This document shows, piece after piece, positions 62,332 to 64,000 of a stretch of DNA of 64,000 bases. The position numbers were made by a program, and so were the translations under genes. Source of the DNA: Octopus vulgaris (taxonomy: Eukaryota); contig OX597817.1 of assembly GCA_951406725.2 (NCBI GenBank), positions 111,414,001 to 111,478,000 on the forward strand, read 5' to 3'. Numbering within the stretch: position 1 is the stretch's first letter; every line of letters starts with the position of its first letter. The notes under the pieces were generated by a model. The model saw nothing but the letters and a program-made list of their open reading frames with translations. It did no database searches and was not told the origin of the DNA.

Positions 62332-62402
62332 TACTGGAAACAGCTCCCGACAGTTTCCACTTTTATTCTGGGCTTGCTCAGCAAAATGTAGACTTCACCT
62401 AA
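62332..62402 (+). CDS. Candidate terminal exon (VLETAPDSFHFYSGLAQQNVDFT*)
   Basis: Long polypyrimidine tract plus AAG| acceptor; phase-1 frame; GLAQQNV weakly resembles collybistin GIAQSQV; AATAAA at 62444. Confidence 0.35.
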
Positions 62403-63927
62403 CATAGTTGTACATGGTGTAGCAGAGAAAAATAGAATTCTTTAATAAATTATTCAGGGAAAAAAACCCATGTACATGAAAAAAAAAGTTACTGCTAACA
62501 TAATTAATCTCTGAAGTATTAAAAATTTAAATAGACAACATGCTCTTGGTGCAATATGTCTGAATAAAAGATTGGATGATCACAGCTGGAAAGCCAATGT
62601 GATCATAGGTCTACTCAAGACTGACCAGGGGTTGGATGACAAAGTGACTGGAAGAACTTATCAGACATCTAAGGCACTTATGAGTATTTTTATGGGGAAA
62701 CATATAAGACATCACAAAAGAGTAAAGATTATCTTGCTCTCTTACAAACATTACTTATCAAAAGCTGGAAATCAATCAGTTTTTTAAAAAGTGTGTTTGT
62801 TTATTTCTGATTTTGGTCCAAGTTATACTATTCATATACTTAAACACTCTCCGGAGTATATGAGTATATGAGAGACTTCTCTGAACTTGTTAAATTATTT
62901 TGTTAACATTTCAAATGACCTGGTACTTGTCTTCTCACGCTTAGGAAAGCAATGAATTTTAAATTAGGACATCTGCCAATGAAGGAACATTTATGTACTG
63001 CTAGAAATAGCTGCCAAATCCTCCATAAAACCATCTAAGGGATATATTGTGTTGTTCAGTGTAGTTTGTTATATAGAAAAGGATGATATCATCATGGCTT
63101 GAATGCTTGTAATCACTGGCTTACTTGAGCTAAACATGACACTATGGCATACAACCCATGAGATGTAGTCATGTATCTTTATACATCTTGACAGATTTCA
63201 TTTCTATCAAAGAAAAATAATGTAACATTTATCTTGATTGGTATCACCTTTGAAGTACCATTAAATTTAGGTGGAGAATGTATTTTATTTTTTTACTGGT
63301 TTCAGTTATTGTCCTCTAGTAATGTAGGGCACTGCTTTCTGGGATTTTTGGTCAATTATAGTAACCCTAGCACTTGTTTCGGTGTTATTTTATTGTTCTA
63401 TATTTTTTGCTGATTGGCTAAATTAACATTCTGGACTCAAAATTAGTCTTGTTTTAGCTGGTTGTGTTTGTCAAACAGATACAGACACACATATGAATGT
63501 GTATACATGCATGTGCACACGTACACATATATAGGATGGGTTTCCACTCAGTTTCTGCCTACCCTGTTCCACTCATAAGGTATTAATCTGCCTATGGTTA
63601 TAGTAGAAGACACTTGCCCAATCTGCTCCAGTGGGAATAAACTTGGAACTATATATTTGTAAAGCCAGCTTCTTAAACCACACAGCCATTTCTGTGTCTG
63701 AATATATATATATATATATATATAAAGCATGTAAATTAGGCTTGTTTCTTTTTGTCTAATATTGTAGATAAGCATTTCTATTTTATTTCTTCACTGATGA
63801 CAATTGTTCTAGTTTTATCTTCAGCTTTACTGCTAGTGTACTTAGGTTTGTTCTCACATTAACTGTTCTAATGATAAAATTGTTCATTCTTACCTGTTCA
63901 GTTATCATTTCCATACTTGACTGATCA

Positions 63928-63980
<53 letters not shown>

Positions 63981-64000
63981 AACACTAGAAATGTTCGATA

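Noticed and set aside
63825-63845. Possible 21-nt phase 1-1 micro-exon
   Set aside because: Weak donor (GTTTGT) and no homology support.

Overview
AT-rich, repeat-dense eukaryotic genomic DNA. The repeat landscape (tRNA-derived SINEs with (ATT)n/(GAT)n tails, TA/CA microsatellites) looks like octopus/cephalopod; this is an inference. The window is spanned on the + strand by one spliced gene encoding an SH3-DH-PH Rho GEF of the ARHGEF4 (Asef)/ARHGEF9 (collybistin)/SPATA13 family. I can read 11 phase-consistent GT-AG exons from 6205 to 58461 (~524 codons), plus several candidate alternative terminal exons. The introns hold many mobile elements: several SINE families, a mariner fossil, pogo/Tigger-, hAT- and piggyBac-type MITEs, an RTE LINE with a PHD-like finger, a Hero-type RLE retrotransposon and an R4/Dong-type fossil. 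The most notable non-coding signals are two minimal hammerhead-ribozyme motifs of the Penelope/retrozyme type (40329-40363 and 50157-50202). The second lies in a tRNA-headed SINE-like element bracketed by inverted repeats. Most ORFs in the supplied track are spurious.
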